Assembly: GCA_964106645.2 (NCBI GenBank)
Contig: OZ067043.1
Strand: one strand, 5' to 3'
DNA: 64,000 nucleotides
DNA from: Podarcis pityusensis
Lineage: Eukaryota
The notes beneath the pieces were generated by a model. That model saw only the letters and a list, made by a program, of their open reading frames with translations. It was not told the origin of the DNA and searched no databases. The position numbers were made by a program, and so were the translations under genes. Within the stretch, counting starts at the first letter, position 1, and every line of letters starts with the position of its first letter. Shown here in pieces: positions 38,241 to 51,779 of this stretch.

Positions 38241-39262
38241 GGTTCCTCTTCATCCTGGAGAAGAGTGACTAGTGGGGTGCCACAGGGTTCTGTCTTGGGC
38301 CCGGTCTTATTCAACATCTTTATCAACGACTTGGATGATGGACTCAAGGGCATCCTGATCAAATCTGCAGATGACACCAAACTGGGAGGGGTGGCTAACA
38401 CCCCAGAGGACAGGATCACACTTCAAAACGACCTTGACAGATTAGAGAACTGGGCCAAAACAAACAAGATGAATTTTAACAGGGAGAAATGTAAAGTATT
38501 GCACTTGGGCAAAAAAAAAATGAGAGGCACAAATACAAGATGGGTGACACCTGGCTTGAGAGCAGTACATGTGAAAAGGATCTAGGAGTCTTGGTTGACC
38601 ACAAACTTGACATGAGCCAACAGTGTGACGCGGCAGCTAAAAAAGCCAATGCAATTCTGGGCTGCATCAATAGGAGTATAGCATCTAGATCAAGGGAAGT
38701 AATAGTGCCACTGTATTCTGCTCTGGTCAGACCTCACCTGGAGTACTGTGTCCAGTTCTGGGCACCACAGTTCAAGAAGGACACTGATAAACTGGAACGT
38801 GTCCAGAGGAGGGCAACCAAAATGGTCAAAGGCCTGGAAACGATGCCTTATGAGGAACGGCTAAGGGAGCTGGGCATATTTAGCCTGGAGAAGAGGAGGT
38901 TAAGGGGTGATATGATAGCCATGTTCAAATATATAAAAGGATGTCACATAGAGGAGGGAGAAAGGTTGTTTTCTGCTGCTCCAGAGAAGCGGACACGGAG
39001 CAATGGATTCAAACTACAAGAAAGAAGATTCCACCTAAACATTAGGAAGAACTTCCTGACAGTAAGAGCTGTTCGACAGTGGAATTTGCTGCCAAGGAGT
39101 GTGGTGGAGTCTCCTTCTTTGGAGGTCTTTAAGCAGAGGCTTGACAACCATATGTCAGGAGTGCTCTGATGGTGTTTCCTGCTTGGCAGGGGGTTGGACT
39201 CAGTGGCCCTTGTGGTCTCTTCCAACTCTATGATTCTATGATTCTATGATTCTATGATTCTA
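38241..39262 (+). mobile_element. CR1 LINE 3' fragment (~1 kb), young
   Basis: RT motifs [20 protein letters not shown], (F>S)[27 protein letters not shown]; frameshift at the A10 run 38511-38520; (ATTCTATG)n tail. Confidence 0.96.
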
Positions 39263-40940
39263 GGTACATGCAGGTAAGTATATATAGGACTTCATTTTAA
39301 AGTAACTAGTGCCTAAACCTAGAGATGCTGTCACTATCACATATTTTAGTCAAGGTAAGGAAGATGCCTAGTTACAGAAATACAGGAGCACCTGGAAGAG
39401 TCAACAAGTCTATAAATCACCTTCCTGTCATGCCTAACAGGACTTTACAATAACAGAGTCCATGTCTAAAGATTATCAGTAGCTTTAAACCAAGTAGCAG
39501 ATGCTTACGTGGGCCAGGTAATTCTGACTGCCCATCCCATTCTTCCTGTTTCTTTAATCTTTGGCTGGAACAGGTCAGGTGGGGCACACAGACAAGATGA
39601 ATGCAGTCTGGTTCATCACATGCACAGAGTGAGGAGATGTCTGTATATGATACAACATATTTCTATACCTATATTATAGTCGCCAGTAGATAAAACGTAA
39701 GAACAGAGGGCTATCACGGGAATAATTCACAAGCTGAATGGCTCTGTCTGATCTGCATATTTACGTATCATTTTGTGTCTTCTAGAATACCATTGTTCAG
39801 ATTCTTGTGTGAGATGAGCATTTATGACCACTTAGCCATGTTCTAAATAAGGCTGCATCTGCACTACCCACATTTCTGATGCAGCCAGAAAAGCAACTGA
39901 GATACAAATTGTGCCTTATTTCAAGGACAGTTAGATGCATGACAATCTGGCGGTGTTGAGCACCACTCTTGAAATCATGCAGACAACTGAGCAGTCATCA
40001 TGCCAGCCTGCTAGATGACCACCACATTGCATGGTGCAGCTCTTAAGGGACAGTGGCATGCAGATAATTCAACCGATGACCAATGGGTCATATATTAACT
40101 ACCCCTGACTAACAAACAACAGCAGCAGCAATCACCATGCATATATCTCTTCTCCTATTTATTTATTATTAAAAGGCGCTACAACATCACCCGCAGTGAA
40201 ATGAAAGAGACAGAGCTCCAATTCTTTGGCCTCTGTACAGCTTTCCACACCTACCACCACGCACTGTTTGGTCAATGTACATTCATCTATGTTCTGTTCA
40301 ACCACATATGACCTTTACTTCCGTGCTATTCCTTTCAGAGTAAAACTGATTTAGAGCAGAAATTAGTTCAAAAACAGAAGACTGAGTGGACAAGGGTGCA
40401 AAGAAATTGGAAAACAATGTGTAAAAATATTCATTTTGTTTTAAGGCTTAGCTAGAATGTTTACCAGGGAGTTTTCATGTTCAGCTTGGCTGGCTTTTAT
40501 TGAGAAAATCTGCTTAGCCTATGAGCCTGGTACTTTTTTGTAATTAGAAAGGCTTTTGACTTTCAGTTTCCAAACAAGCATGCTTTCAGCTCTCCAATAT
40601 ATTTCTCCTGGGTCTCAAAACCAACTGTCGATGATGCCATTGCTGCCCACACCCAACCAATTGTGTACATCTATGAAAACATTCCCTGAATGAAAGATTC
40701 TCTTTCCACTACCCCAAGCAAATAATTGCTTCAGAAGAGGGATTTTCTTCTACTAGACTGATTCTGAGAGGGAAGGGTTAAATTTCCTCTCTAAACCAGC
40801 TCCACTCCCAATAATTCACAGACCCTCCCCCACAAGAAGATTTCATTTGCATTTTTAAAACCTACATGTTAAATGCAAAGACACACTTAACATCATGCCC
40901 AGTTTGGCCCTCATGGGTGATTCATGTTCTGTATCTCTAA

Positions 40941-41191
40941 CAGGGGTCAGCAACCTTTTTCAGCTGTGGGCTGGTCCACCATCCCTCAGACCATGTGGTG
41001 AGCTGGACTATATTTGGGGGTGGGGGAGAGAACAAATTCCTATGTCCCACAAATTACCCAGAGATACATTTTAAATAAAAACACAGGTTCTATTCATGTA
41101 AAAACACGCTGATTCCTGGACCGTCCGTGGGCTGGACTAAGAAGGCGATTGAACCGCATCCGGCCCCCAGGCCTTAGGTTGCCTACCCCTG
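40941..41191. mobile_element. hAT (Charlie-like) MITE
   Basis: CAGGGGT...ACCCCTG termini; 8-bp TSD ATCTCTAA/ATCTATAA. Confidence 0.85.
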
Positions 41192-41199
41192 ATCTATAA

Positions 41200-41548
41200 C
41201 ATACCCTCCAACATTTCTCCAGTGAAAATAGGGACATCCTATCCATACTCTCCAACATTTATCCAATAGGGATGTCCAGTGCTATTTTTCTAGAAAAAGA
41301 GGTGCTGGAACTCACTCTGAACACCTCCCTTGTTCTCTTAGAATGGCAATGGTGCATAACTGAGAACTGAGTTCTGAGGGCTGGGGAAAAGCCCTGGGGA
41401 CGGTCTGCTCCATACCCTAAATCATTTCTCCAATGAAAAAATGAATGTCCTAAGGAAAAGTGGGACATTCCGGGATCAAATCAGAAACCGGGATGGCTTC
41501 TGTAAATCTGGGACTGTCCCTGGAAAAGAGGGACACTTGGAGGGTCTG
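41200..41548. mobile_element. Composite/nested non-autonomous DNA-element cluster
   Basis: Three CATACCCTCCAACATTT-like starts, terminal GGAGGGTCTG, and a nested CAGTGCTATTTTTCTAGAAAAAGAGG element; relatives at 56649-56808, 42277-42413 and 53905-54025. Confidence 0.7.
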
Positions 41549-42276
41549 CTATAAGCCACTGCACAGCTATTGAAAGAGCAACCAGGGTCTCTTGTCTAGT
41601 GCATAGAAGTGGCTAGGGAAGACTCAAATACAGCAGCAGCCAGCAGTATCAATGTTATTCTATCAGCTTTAACTGTAGCATATGTTACTACCACAGGTGC
41701 ACATATCGAGAAAGAAAAACCCTAGGCATAGTGAGAATGCCAGTTACATCCTCTTCTTCTCTCTTTATTATTATTATCCTCTGGTGACTGTTGGGAGTGG
41801 AATATGACAACTACACCAATTATAATCCAGAAATGGAGGAGCGTGGAAGCACTACAGCCCTCCTTTTAAACAATGGAGAAGAATGGGCAAAATACAAACA
41901 GTTTGACAAAATTTCCACACTTGCTTTTTAAACAGGAAGAGAGATGGGCATCTTCAGTCACTCAGTGGAAACTCCTTAGAGAACCCTAACCAGCTTCTGC
42001 TCTCTGCCACATGTCTATTGCATGCCCTCAAATATTTCGCACATGGGTGTTTCCTTTTATGAGTTTAACATGGGAAACAATGATCAAGCGCTGGCATTCC
42101 CACAGGACCATATAAAGCACAAAGCTGCTCTAACAGGGCAAGTGGTCATCATCATTTCAGTTAGTAGGTTGGGAAATTATTTTCTCCCTATTAAAAAAAA
42201 AAGAATGAAAGTGAAGGGGATTCAAACCATAAGACTGATTTTTGAGGTACTGATCATTATTTTCCATCATAACAAA

Positions 42277-42413
42277 CAGGGTTTTTTTCTTCAGCTGGAA
42301 CTCGCAGGAACTCAGTTCCGGCACCTTTCAGGTGGGCACCATTGCCATTCTAAGAGAATGAGGGAGGCGTTCATGGTGAGTTCTGCTACCTCTTTTTCTA
42401 GAAAAATAACACT
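42277..42413. mobile_element. Short non-autonomous DNA element
   Basis: CAGGGTTTTTTT...AAAATAACACTG; homologous to 53905-54025 and, inverted, to 41277-41375. Confidence 0.7.
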
Positions 42414-42670
42414 GATAACCACCATATGTTATTTGAAAGCAAAAGCAATCTGGCATAATGGGTGGGGTGGGGGTGGGGGTGGGGGTGGGGAGTCAGCACA
42501 AATAGCAAGCCAGAAAGTGTGTTTAAAAAAATTCATAGACACTGGTAAAGTATTAATATCAATTTGATCACCTGACAACACTACTGAGAAGAGATCTGTC
42601 AAGAGAGCTCCACCTACAAATTATTATTCCAAAATGGGTCAGAACAGCAATCCTCCTCTCTCATGTGTGT

Positions 42671-42671
<1 letters not shown>

Positions 42672-42708
<37 letters not shown>
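42672..42708. repeat. (CT)n microsatellite
   Basis: Directly visible. Confidence 0.95.
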
Positions 42709-42713
<5 letters not shown>

Positions 42714-44299
42714 CCTCAGAGGAAGAAAAGGGCAGCCGCACCAGTGGGATCAGCCCACAGCTACAGTTAATAGAATTGCACCAGCCCCTACTATTACTCA
42801 TTGCTGTAAGTCAGGCAGCTCTCCTGTGCCATATAACCTGCCTTCCCTTCTATGGGATGGCACTGCACTGCCTCTGTTCCCCTCCCTTCCTCGCTCACCC
42901 CCAAGGGAACCCCAGTGCTTTGCTTGAGGGCACTGAGTGAATCATCCAGTAACACAGAAATCTCCAAGTCCTCTTTAGCAGTCCCAGGAGGAGGCAGATC
43001 TGAGGGAAGTCGGCGGAGAAGATGCCTGCAGCAATGTCAGTTCTAGAACAGTCGGGCTGACAGGATTCAGAGCGGGGATTAAGGTTGGGATCAGGGATGC
43101 AGGGAAAATGAAAAAAGATTCTGGCTTTCAGGCGTGCTTCTGTTGTGTTTGTCTTGCTGTTTGTTCTTAAGGAAGATTGACTCCCTGGACATTTGACTTT
43201 AAAAAGCCCGAGATCACCTTCATGAAAGGCCCCAGTGTTTGCCTAACTGCTACGTCGCTTCTGCCACAGCCAAAGACATGTTAACAGAATGGGGATGGCA
43301 AAACTCTGAAAGTTCACAACTTCTTAGGGGTGGCTCATACATGCGCACATATCACTTGATGTGCGGCAGCCTGGCACGTAATGCCTGGCAGCTGGAAACG
43401 TGAGCAAATTCCACTGAGCAGCAATGTGTCTGAGGTGATGTGATCAGGTATTAGCACTCGCTCATTGGTGTTTTCTTTTTGATGGTTCATTTATTAATTA
43501 TTTTCTTGCTTTCCTAGCTGCCTTTCTTCCATCACAGAACCCATGGCAGCAGACATGTGATACCAAGCTGGTCTCCTAACCATGTGTGAATAGTTCATGC
43601 AGAGTGGGAATTAAGGCCGGGTGCAGGGAAAATAACAAAAGATTTTGGCTCTCAGACATGCTTCTGTTGTGCTTGTGTTACAGTTTGTGCTTATTGAATG
43701 GTCTGTTCACACATGCTCGTCATTACTCAATGTTGAACTCATCATTCAGTGATCATGGTTGTGTGAACCAGCCCTTCAACTCAAGTCTCTCTGTCCATTG
43801 CCCCACATTGGACCATCATCAAGCAGGGAAGTTGTAGCAGCATACATCTCAGCTGCCTTGCCTGGCCATAACATTACCCCTAAGTGCTGCCTGCCTTCTT
43901 TGAAAGTCAGGTATGAGGCTTCCATTCCCTAAAATAAATGCATGTTCTGGCTGGTTGCAAAAGCTTCCCAAACTGCTTGCATCTGATCTACCTTGGGCAG
44001 CAGTGCAGAAGCAGAACTAAGGCCAGAGGTATCATTGGCTTCCAATTGTCACAGTTGTTTGGTATCTCAGAAGATGCTGCTGGAATACTTGGAGATGTTC
44101 AACCACCTGTTCATCCTTTCCCTGGTTCCTTGTTGCCAAAAAACTTTGTTCTTGTTGCTGACGTTTACTGTTTTGACAGTAAACCACTATGAGCACTTTC
44201 ATGGAAAGAAAGTGAAAAAAAATGTAAAATCAAATAAATTAATACTAGATCCCAAGGTCCTTCTCAATGGAACTAAAACCAAACCAGTTCCACACTTTT

Positions 44300-44530
44300 T
44301 ACATATTAGCTTGTCTATTTCTCTTGCCAATGTGAAATACATCACCTTCATCTTGTATAGCAGCTTATCTCAATATTATCCTCTCTGTGCTTTACTTTTT
44401 CATTCTGATTTTTTATTTTGTCCTCTGTAGTAGTGGTTGCGACCTTTTCTAGTTTGGTACTGTCTGCAAATCTGAGTGACATTCTCCACTTCTTCATCCA
44501 AAAACAATGTTGAACACCTATGGACCCAGG
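44300..44530 (-). mobile_element. Ancient CR1 RT relic
   Basis: Minus-strand translation MSLRFADSTKLEKVATT.EDKIKNQ resembles CR1 [12 protein letters not shown]...EDR..IQ. Confidence 0.65.
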
Positions 44531-45957
44531 ATACTCATTTGTGGAAAAAACACCATTCTCTGAGTATGACTTCTCAAAAAGAATTGTATACAATTTTCAT
44601 GCAATCAATGTCCTTCACATAAATTATACAATCAAGTTTCTTGGCTAATATATTCTAATGCTGAAAAACTATGTCTTCTTGGCTGTATTTATGTGCTTTT
44701 GTGACCAGCCTAGGACACTTGAGTCATTTTCACACAATTTAATTGAGCCCTGTCCACACACACACAAAAACCCTTGTGTAATGCCAGGACAGTATTATCA
44801 CCCTGCTTTGTGGATCTGCACAGACATACATCTGGGGGAAGTCTGGAAAAGTATCCAAGAGCAGTAATTCATCAGGGGCCATTGTAGCCAGAGCAGGAAT
44901 ATTTAATGATATCAGCAACATGTGGGAGCAATGTGCTTGCAGATTCCCTACCTCACAGAGAGTTGGGAAGGAGGACAGGCAGGCCAATTCTATGATCCAG
45001 TTAAGATGGCTACCACTATGTTGAATCTTACACTGGTGTATCAAGTTGGTATCCTATGCTTTCTCACAGTAGCAACATCAAAAGCACGACAGCAGTAGAG
45101 AAATGGATAAAATTTTACTTATTGTCATTATCATTGTCTGTAATTGTTCCAAATATGTTTGCTGAATTATTATATTTATTGTTGTTCTTTTGGTATGTTA
45201 TGAGCCACCTTGGGCACAATTTTGTGGGGAATTGGCATACAAGGACCCCAGCAGCTCAACAATCACAGCAGTACCATTCATAAAACATCTTCACATTAAC
45301 TTTAAAAGGAATATGCCAATGAACATCTGGCAATGGCAGCAACACCACAACATCACTTAAACCAGTGGTTCTCCAACATTTTCCCTCTGGGCCACACTTT
45401 CAGAACATGAATTTGCTTGTGCCACACCAAATTCACCTAATCTACATATTTATGCAAGGACAATTTCTCCTAATATATAATGCATTTTTGTATGTTACTT
45501 TCACTAATATATGAATTTTTATGCACACTTTAGTATATGCATTTTTGCACACATTAGTTGGCTGGAGAACTGCATTGCAAAATCCAGAAAAGTGTGAATT
45601 TCAAAGGATGGCTTTGTTTTAGTTTGCAGATAGTTTTGGAAAGTGCAAATTTTGTAGGTTTGCTCTAAGTGCAAACTGAACTGGATTCCTCCCCCATCCC
45701 CACTTCCAACACAGACATTTTGTTGGCCCAGACAACAGTCTGAAAACAAGTGTCACTCTTGCTAGGAAAAGCAGAGAAGGACGGACTGCTATTCCAACTA
45801 TTAGTCGGCTCCATAAGCCAGAGACTGGGATGAAGCCCCAACACAGAACATGGGGGACGAAACCCCTGATCTCTAGGAGGAGGGTTCAAGGACCAATGTG
45901 TTAAAGAATCAATAAATCCACAGAGACAATGCACAGATCCACAATAAAGATTTAAAG

Positions 45958-46114
45958 GGCATCCAATACATATTTAAAGCACATGACTTCTCCCAAGGAA
46001 TCCCGGGAAGTATAGTTTCCCTAGCAGAGCTACAATTCACAGATGCTTAACAAACTAGAGTTTCCGAGTTTCTTTGGGGGAAGTCATGTGCTTTAAATGT
46101 GTGTTGAATATGCC
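45958..46114. mobile_element. Palindromic MITE
   Basis: ATTTAAAGCACATGACTTC...GAAGTCATGTGCTTTAAAT inverted arms; relatives at ~28981-29165 and ~59492-59640. Confidence 0.75.
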
Positions 46115-46610
46115 TTAAATCTATGGATGGATCTGCCTAATACTACACACACAACATGCCTGAATTGGTGCCTGTGTGAAAGGCACACATTCTGCAAAAG
46201 GGAGGCGAGGGAGTCTCTTGGACAAGGAAGAATAGAAGATACAACAGCAAGACCACAGGCGTAGCAACTCCAGGAACTAGCCAATAGCTCAATGATGAAA
46301 AACCACTGAAATTGGAAACGAGGCAGAGCATGACTTCTGAGGTTCTAGCTGGCAACAACCGTGCTAGAGGGAAAAGGAACGGGTAGCAGAAATAGAATTC
46401 ACACTCATGAAAGTGTCTTTTTACTTAGGGTAGCTAGTTGTTTGGCTGTCATAACTCTATGCCACACAAGAGGTGTGACTTAGCCTTGGAAGAGGTTAGG
46501 ATGCCAACCTTACTAGCCTCTAATGAGATTCTCCCCAACCATTCCCCTTCCCATCTTAAACCATAACAGTTACAAGACTATATAAGACTTACACTGACAA
46601 AAGGTTAGGA

Positions 46611-46941
46611 CAGGGGTCTGCAACCTTTAAGACAAAAAGAGCCACTTGGACCCGTTTCCGAAGGAAAAAAAACTGGGAGCCGCAAAACCATTGCGACATT
46701 TAAGACAAATATATCTCCGGAGCCGCGATCTGACAGCGGGCGGGAAGGTGATGTCGGGACGGTGCGTGACTAAGGCACGCACCGCCCCCATGCGACGTCA
46801 CAGCTAGTACAGCGCCCGCCACAGTGGGGAGTGTCGGGGCGCACAGTGCGCCTCCTCCCCTCGCTAGTATCTGCCCCGGAGCTGCGGCAAAGGTGTAAAA
46901 GAGCCACATGCGGCTCCGGAGCCGCGGGTTGCAGACCCCTG
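46611..46941. mobile_element. Young hAT MITE, 331 bp
   Basis: Perfect 15-bp TIR CAGGGGTCTGCAACC, perfect 8-bp TSD GGTTAGGA, CpG-rich interior. Confidence 0.93.
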
Positions 46942-47302
46942 GGTTAGGATGATAATTTATAATGGCATTACTTTGCACACTGAAACAGGGTTACACTGGT
47001 GTGCACAACTTAGTTGCAATCTTATCCTTGTTCAGCCAGCATAACTTGAGTATAAAATTATACCATAGACACATTACAGAGCAACGCCTAAAATATTATT
47101 GCCTACAGTGCAAAATAACTGTCCTCCACAACAAGTTTCAGGAAGACAATTATCAGCCTATCTGTTTGGCACGGTTGGATCGTGGCTTCCTGGCACTCTT
47201 AATGCCAAAGGATTGTTCCATTTAAGGCTAAAATGAGTCTGGCACCCCAACTTGTACTCAAAATTAGAAAACTGAAGGTTTTCATTGTTTATGGGACTTG
47301 AG

Positions 47303-47306
<4 letters not shown>

Positions 47307-47356
<50 letters not shown>
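47307..47356. repeat. Compound (CT)n(CA)n microsatellite
   Basis: Directly visible. Confidence 0.95.
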
Positions 47357-47789
47357 TCTTCCTCCATCTTTTTTTCTCTCTCTCTCTCTGAATCTCTCAA
47401 TTTCTCAGTCTCTTAAAACAGTTTAATCCTCTTGGCTTCTAACAGGATTGGTGGTGATGCCAAAAGAACAACCAGGCTGTATTTACCTTTTGGCACTGTA
47501 TAAACTCCCAGCTAAGCTAAGAATTGCTAAAACAGCAAAACACTGAAATAAAAACAACAGCAATAATGGAAGAATTTCCTAAACATCCACTGATCTCTAA
47601 ACCACAAACCTTTATTTATTGTTCATTCGGTATTAACAGTTGGAGCAAATCTGGATTCTACACCCTCCAGTCTATTTTCCTCCATTTCTTTTTACCTCTT
47701 CTGTTTTTATACATACCATTAACTCCCCCCCCCATCTTTCCCACTCCCATCTTCTGCCCCCTCCCTCTTCTGACTGATTTGAGTTCTTT

Positions 47790-48590
47790 TGTTATGTCTT
47801 CAAATTGATGGCCCAACAGACACAACTCTTTCACTCCATCACTACCGTCTGTGTAATGTTATGGCAGTTATGTGGTGACTCTTTAGCCTGGGCCTATCCT
47901 CTGCATTTTGATGGCATAATACACCTTGCAAGCCCCATCAGAACATCAATGTCGGTTGTACGAACAGCCGTCTTCCGTGCCTCACAAGGGTGGTCTATGA
48001 AGCTTTCGTACTCAAACACTTTTCTCCCCTTTGCCACTCTGATTCTCTTATTTAAGGTCTCCTTCCGCTTTTTCTCTTCTTCAAGATACAAAAGGCTGCA
48101 AATTCTTTTTTCTCTTCTATCCTTCAGACTTTTTCTATCCCTTTCCCCCCTTTTGATACATAATATTCAACCCTCTGTTTTCAGGGGGGCTTTCTCTCCC
48201 CCCCTTAAGTTTTCTTTTAACTTTCAAGGTCAACAGGGACAGACAATGCCACCAGTGCCTGTTTGATATGTGAGCGCTATTGGCGTCCATTGCCACGGTT
48301 TCCGTGGTAACACAGTAACCATTAATTTTCAATTAAACTAGACAAAAAGCCCGATGACAGCTCCAGGTCTGCTGAAGATGTCAAGAATCCGTATTAATAT
48401 ACAGCAAGAGAGCATAATTGTGTGTCCATCTTCCTGAGCAACGAAAATGGGGGGATAATTACCAGCTAGAAAGCCACTCTATAATTTTGTTCTTACTGTC
48501 ACCACAACCCTACATATTAGCATAAATTAAAAGCAGGGTTTATTGTTACCAAAGTGCATTGATATTTTGAGGCTATTTTCTTCCTTTTAA
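47790..48590. promoter_or_regulatory. Candidate conserved enhancer with RFX X-box and homeodomain/POU motifs
   Basis: X-box GTTTCCGTGGTAAC at 48298-48311, many TAAT/ATTA, TGACA/TGTCA, TTAGCATAAAT; repeat-free and CpG-retaining. Confidence 0.55.
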
Positions 48591-50466
48591 CTGTTTGTTG
48601 TTGATGGGTGATTCCTGGACTCATGGCAGCTCGTACCTTGGGAACATTCTAGATGTGGAAAAGTAACTGCAGAGGCCTTAAGGTTGAAAGAACAAAGAAT
48701 ATTTTTAAGGAGAGAGGGAGTCTTGAGGGACTGGATTCTTGTTCCTCCACATCCATGTAACATGCTAATTAGATTTCTCATTTTTCTGTAACTACCAATA
48801 TAAGGAGATCCTCAGATCGGGTACATCTACATTCTTTGGTAACCCTGTCCATGCTAACAATTTACATCTTAGATATGTTGACACTGAAGCATTTCCATGG
48901 CTATTTCATCCTGCAGAGCTATTGCTTTTTGAAAACTTCTCTCCTCATAAACCATTCAGCTGCTTAGCCAATCATCAGCCAATCATTGTTTTGAATTAAG
49001 GGTCATCTTACCTTATATATTCCACTTGCAGGGATTCCATAATGAAGACTTCACTATTTATCCTCTCAGAGGCTGGACTTTTCACTTTTTATAGTTTTGC
49101 TCTTGGCCTAGGATTGAGAAATTCCCACAGACTGCCAACACAAAGTTGAGAAGATGCTTCCCTGTTCCCTGCTTTTTGTTCCATTTCCCCCTCTCAGGCA
49201 AGTCAGTTGGTGTTACACGATTAGCACCACAGTCTACAATATTGTTATTACCTCCCTTTTCAAGACTCACCTTGGAGCTGGAATGGATGTAAGTCTCTAA
49301 CTGCTGAGTTTCTAGTGACAGATGCCGATTTCATGAATTTAAGTGAATGGAAAAAAGCAAGTTCCTTGTATCATATCCAGAGAAAGCTGTCCTTCAAAAG
49401 GAAATTTAGTGTAATTACCCTTAAGGGAGCTATCCTCACACAGTCAGTCACAACACTGACCTGCTGGCTAGGATCTGACAGGGAAATTACAGGCTGTATA
49501 CTCAACAGAAGGGGCTTCCGCCCTTCTCAAAAGAAAGACAAAATGGAAGAGTTTTGAAATGAAAAGTATCAGCTTCTGGGTTTTAAATTGGTTTCTTTAC
49601 CAGGGCGTTCCTTTGTAGCCAAACCTGTGAAACAAATGGGTCTTGTTTCTGAGCAGCTGAATAGACATAGACTCAGCTTCAACATCCCTGCAATATATGA
49701 ATGAAGGAGCAGGGAAAGGGAGTTGCAGAGAAGAATTGGCAGTAGCACCCTCCCCTCCCATTAACTGATTCTCCTCTGAAATTCTTTTCTTTGTTCCATT
49801 TATTCTTCTACTTGGAGATTAGCTGGGATAAAACTCCATAAGACTGATTTATTTAATCAGGTATTTAACTTACCTGCTTAGTTTTTGTATCTCATCTGCT
49901 GTCCTGTCCATGTTTTATTTGGAATTTTGTAAAGTGCGGTTTTGATTTTTTAAAATGTGCAGTTTTGATTTATTTTTATTTTTTCAGTGTTATCTGTTTG
50001 GGATATCCTTTTGATGAAAAAACAGCTTAGACATTGGTCTTAAAAGCAAATGAAGAGAATGAAACACAACCCCAGAGAAGTTGTTCCAGGGAAGAAACAT
50101 GTGGATGGGAGAATTGCAGCCCCACCCACCTGTCAATTCACCCCTGGAAATGCCCTGTGGTTTGGAAGCCTCATGTTGTATTATATGGTCCCACCCTTGG
50201 ACTTAGAATAAATAAGAATTCATTCTGTTGCTTCCTCACACTAACAAGCAGCACTTTTTTCCTCCCAATGAATCTGTTGCTTAGATAGGCAGGGGAACCA
50301 ATAGGATTTCCTGGACTTTTTCTTCTTAGTATTACTACTACTACTACTACTACAATTTATTACTCACCCTTCACCATCAGGTTCTAGGGCGGGTTACAAC
50401 AATTTAAAATCCAATGTTAAAAAAAGCTGAAACAAATTCTAGTCACGGGAATAGCATAAGTCCTCA

Positions 50467-51490
50467 CAGAGTGCCACCAGGTGAAGCTTTCCCCATAACT
50501 GCATTTCCATACTAGAAAAGATACAACCTGTTGAATTTGTGCCTGCCACTCAGCTGTTAAAAGTACAAGAGCTCTGTTCCCCCCACAATGCCAATACTAA
50601 ACCATGCAAAAAAACTTAAGTTTCATGAGTTGTAACTTGTAAAACACTTATGTTACTGTACGTCTTTCATCAATTGCTCTTAGGCTGGCAATACTACGTT
50701 TAGTGCAAGACCAGGAGAGGGCTATTTCAGATGGCAGGGAGTGAGGGGTGTAGAAAGAGATTTATGATTTATGGCAACAGAGGTTCAGGTGCCCATGCTT
50801 GGATAAATTCAAAATTGTTAAAAGGCAAGCTGTGTATTCCGAGAGCATTTGTTGTGGTTATTTATTATTTATACCTTATAATAACTACAGCAATGTTATC
50901 AGCACTGGTCAAACAGCCACTCTTTTCTATTTTTGAGCAAAAAGGATTTGACATTGACCTATTTTACTTTTTATACCACCAGCAGCAGCCATCAAGTAAA
51001 TCCCTGTCTCCCCCTACCTCCATGAGTGTGAAATAAATTATTATTATTATAGAAAGCAATGAATCACTTCTCTCTCGTATGCTGCTGCCACAATCAACTT
51101 AACAGCCTCCTCCGACTCTATTTCCCTAAAAACATCCACCCACCATGGCCATCTCAATACATTTTGGCACCTGAGGTGAACCACAAAATGGTACCTCCCC
51201 CTTCCTGCTAGGAAAGAAGGGGGGAGTGAAGTTCTAAATCACGAACAAGGGGAGGAAGAAAAGGCTACATCAGGATCAGCTGCCCCTGTGGATCCTGCCG
51301 CTGGAAGCAGTTGCCACACCTGGTCTCATTGGTGGGCCAGCCCTGCCACTGGCACACCGAGATTGGACAACAACACTAGACTGCACTGTAGGGCTGTCAT
51401 GCAATACACTCCCCCCCACCCAACCAAATATTAGGACAACACTGGGCTACTTTGCAGAACTAATGCAATCCATGTTTCTCAACCACAGCA
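50467..51490 (+). repeat. Diverged direct duplication, copy A
   Basis: Collinear with 60599-61750, e.g. ATAATAACTACAGCAATGTTATCAGCA and TTTTGAGCAAAAAGGATTTGA are shared. Confidence 0.85.
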
Positions 51491-51779
51491 CCCAACCCTC
51501 TGAAAGATGGATATACTAATGATGGATTGTATTTGCATTAGTAGGGTAATTCTATCATGCTAACATTCTCAGGAAAAACAACTGCCGTGTCTCCTACATT
51601 ATCAGGGATTTTAAGGACCTAACAGGAATCTCCAGGCTGCAACCTGGCAACCCCGATGTGCAAAAAGACCCCAAGTTCTTCTGTCAATAACTTTAGGAGA
51701 TTATTTTCAAAATTCACAAAATCTGGTTCAAAAGATCCCTTCAATTAAATGCAGGAAAGAAAACAGCACACAACAGGTA

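Noticed and set aside
42022-42567. 181-aa ORF
   Set aside because: Runs through a MITE and a G-rich repeat; chance ORF
47805-48266. 153-aa ORF and antisense 65-aa ORFs
   Set aside because: Low-complexity, no recognisable domain or exon structure; the region is better explained as non-coding regulatory DNA
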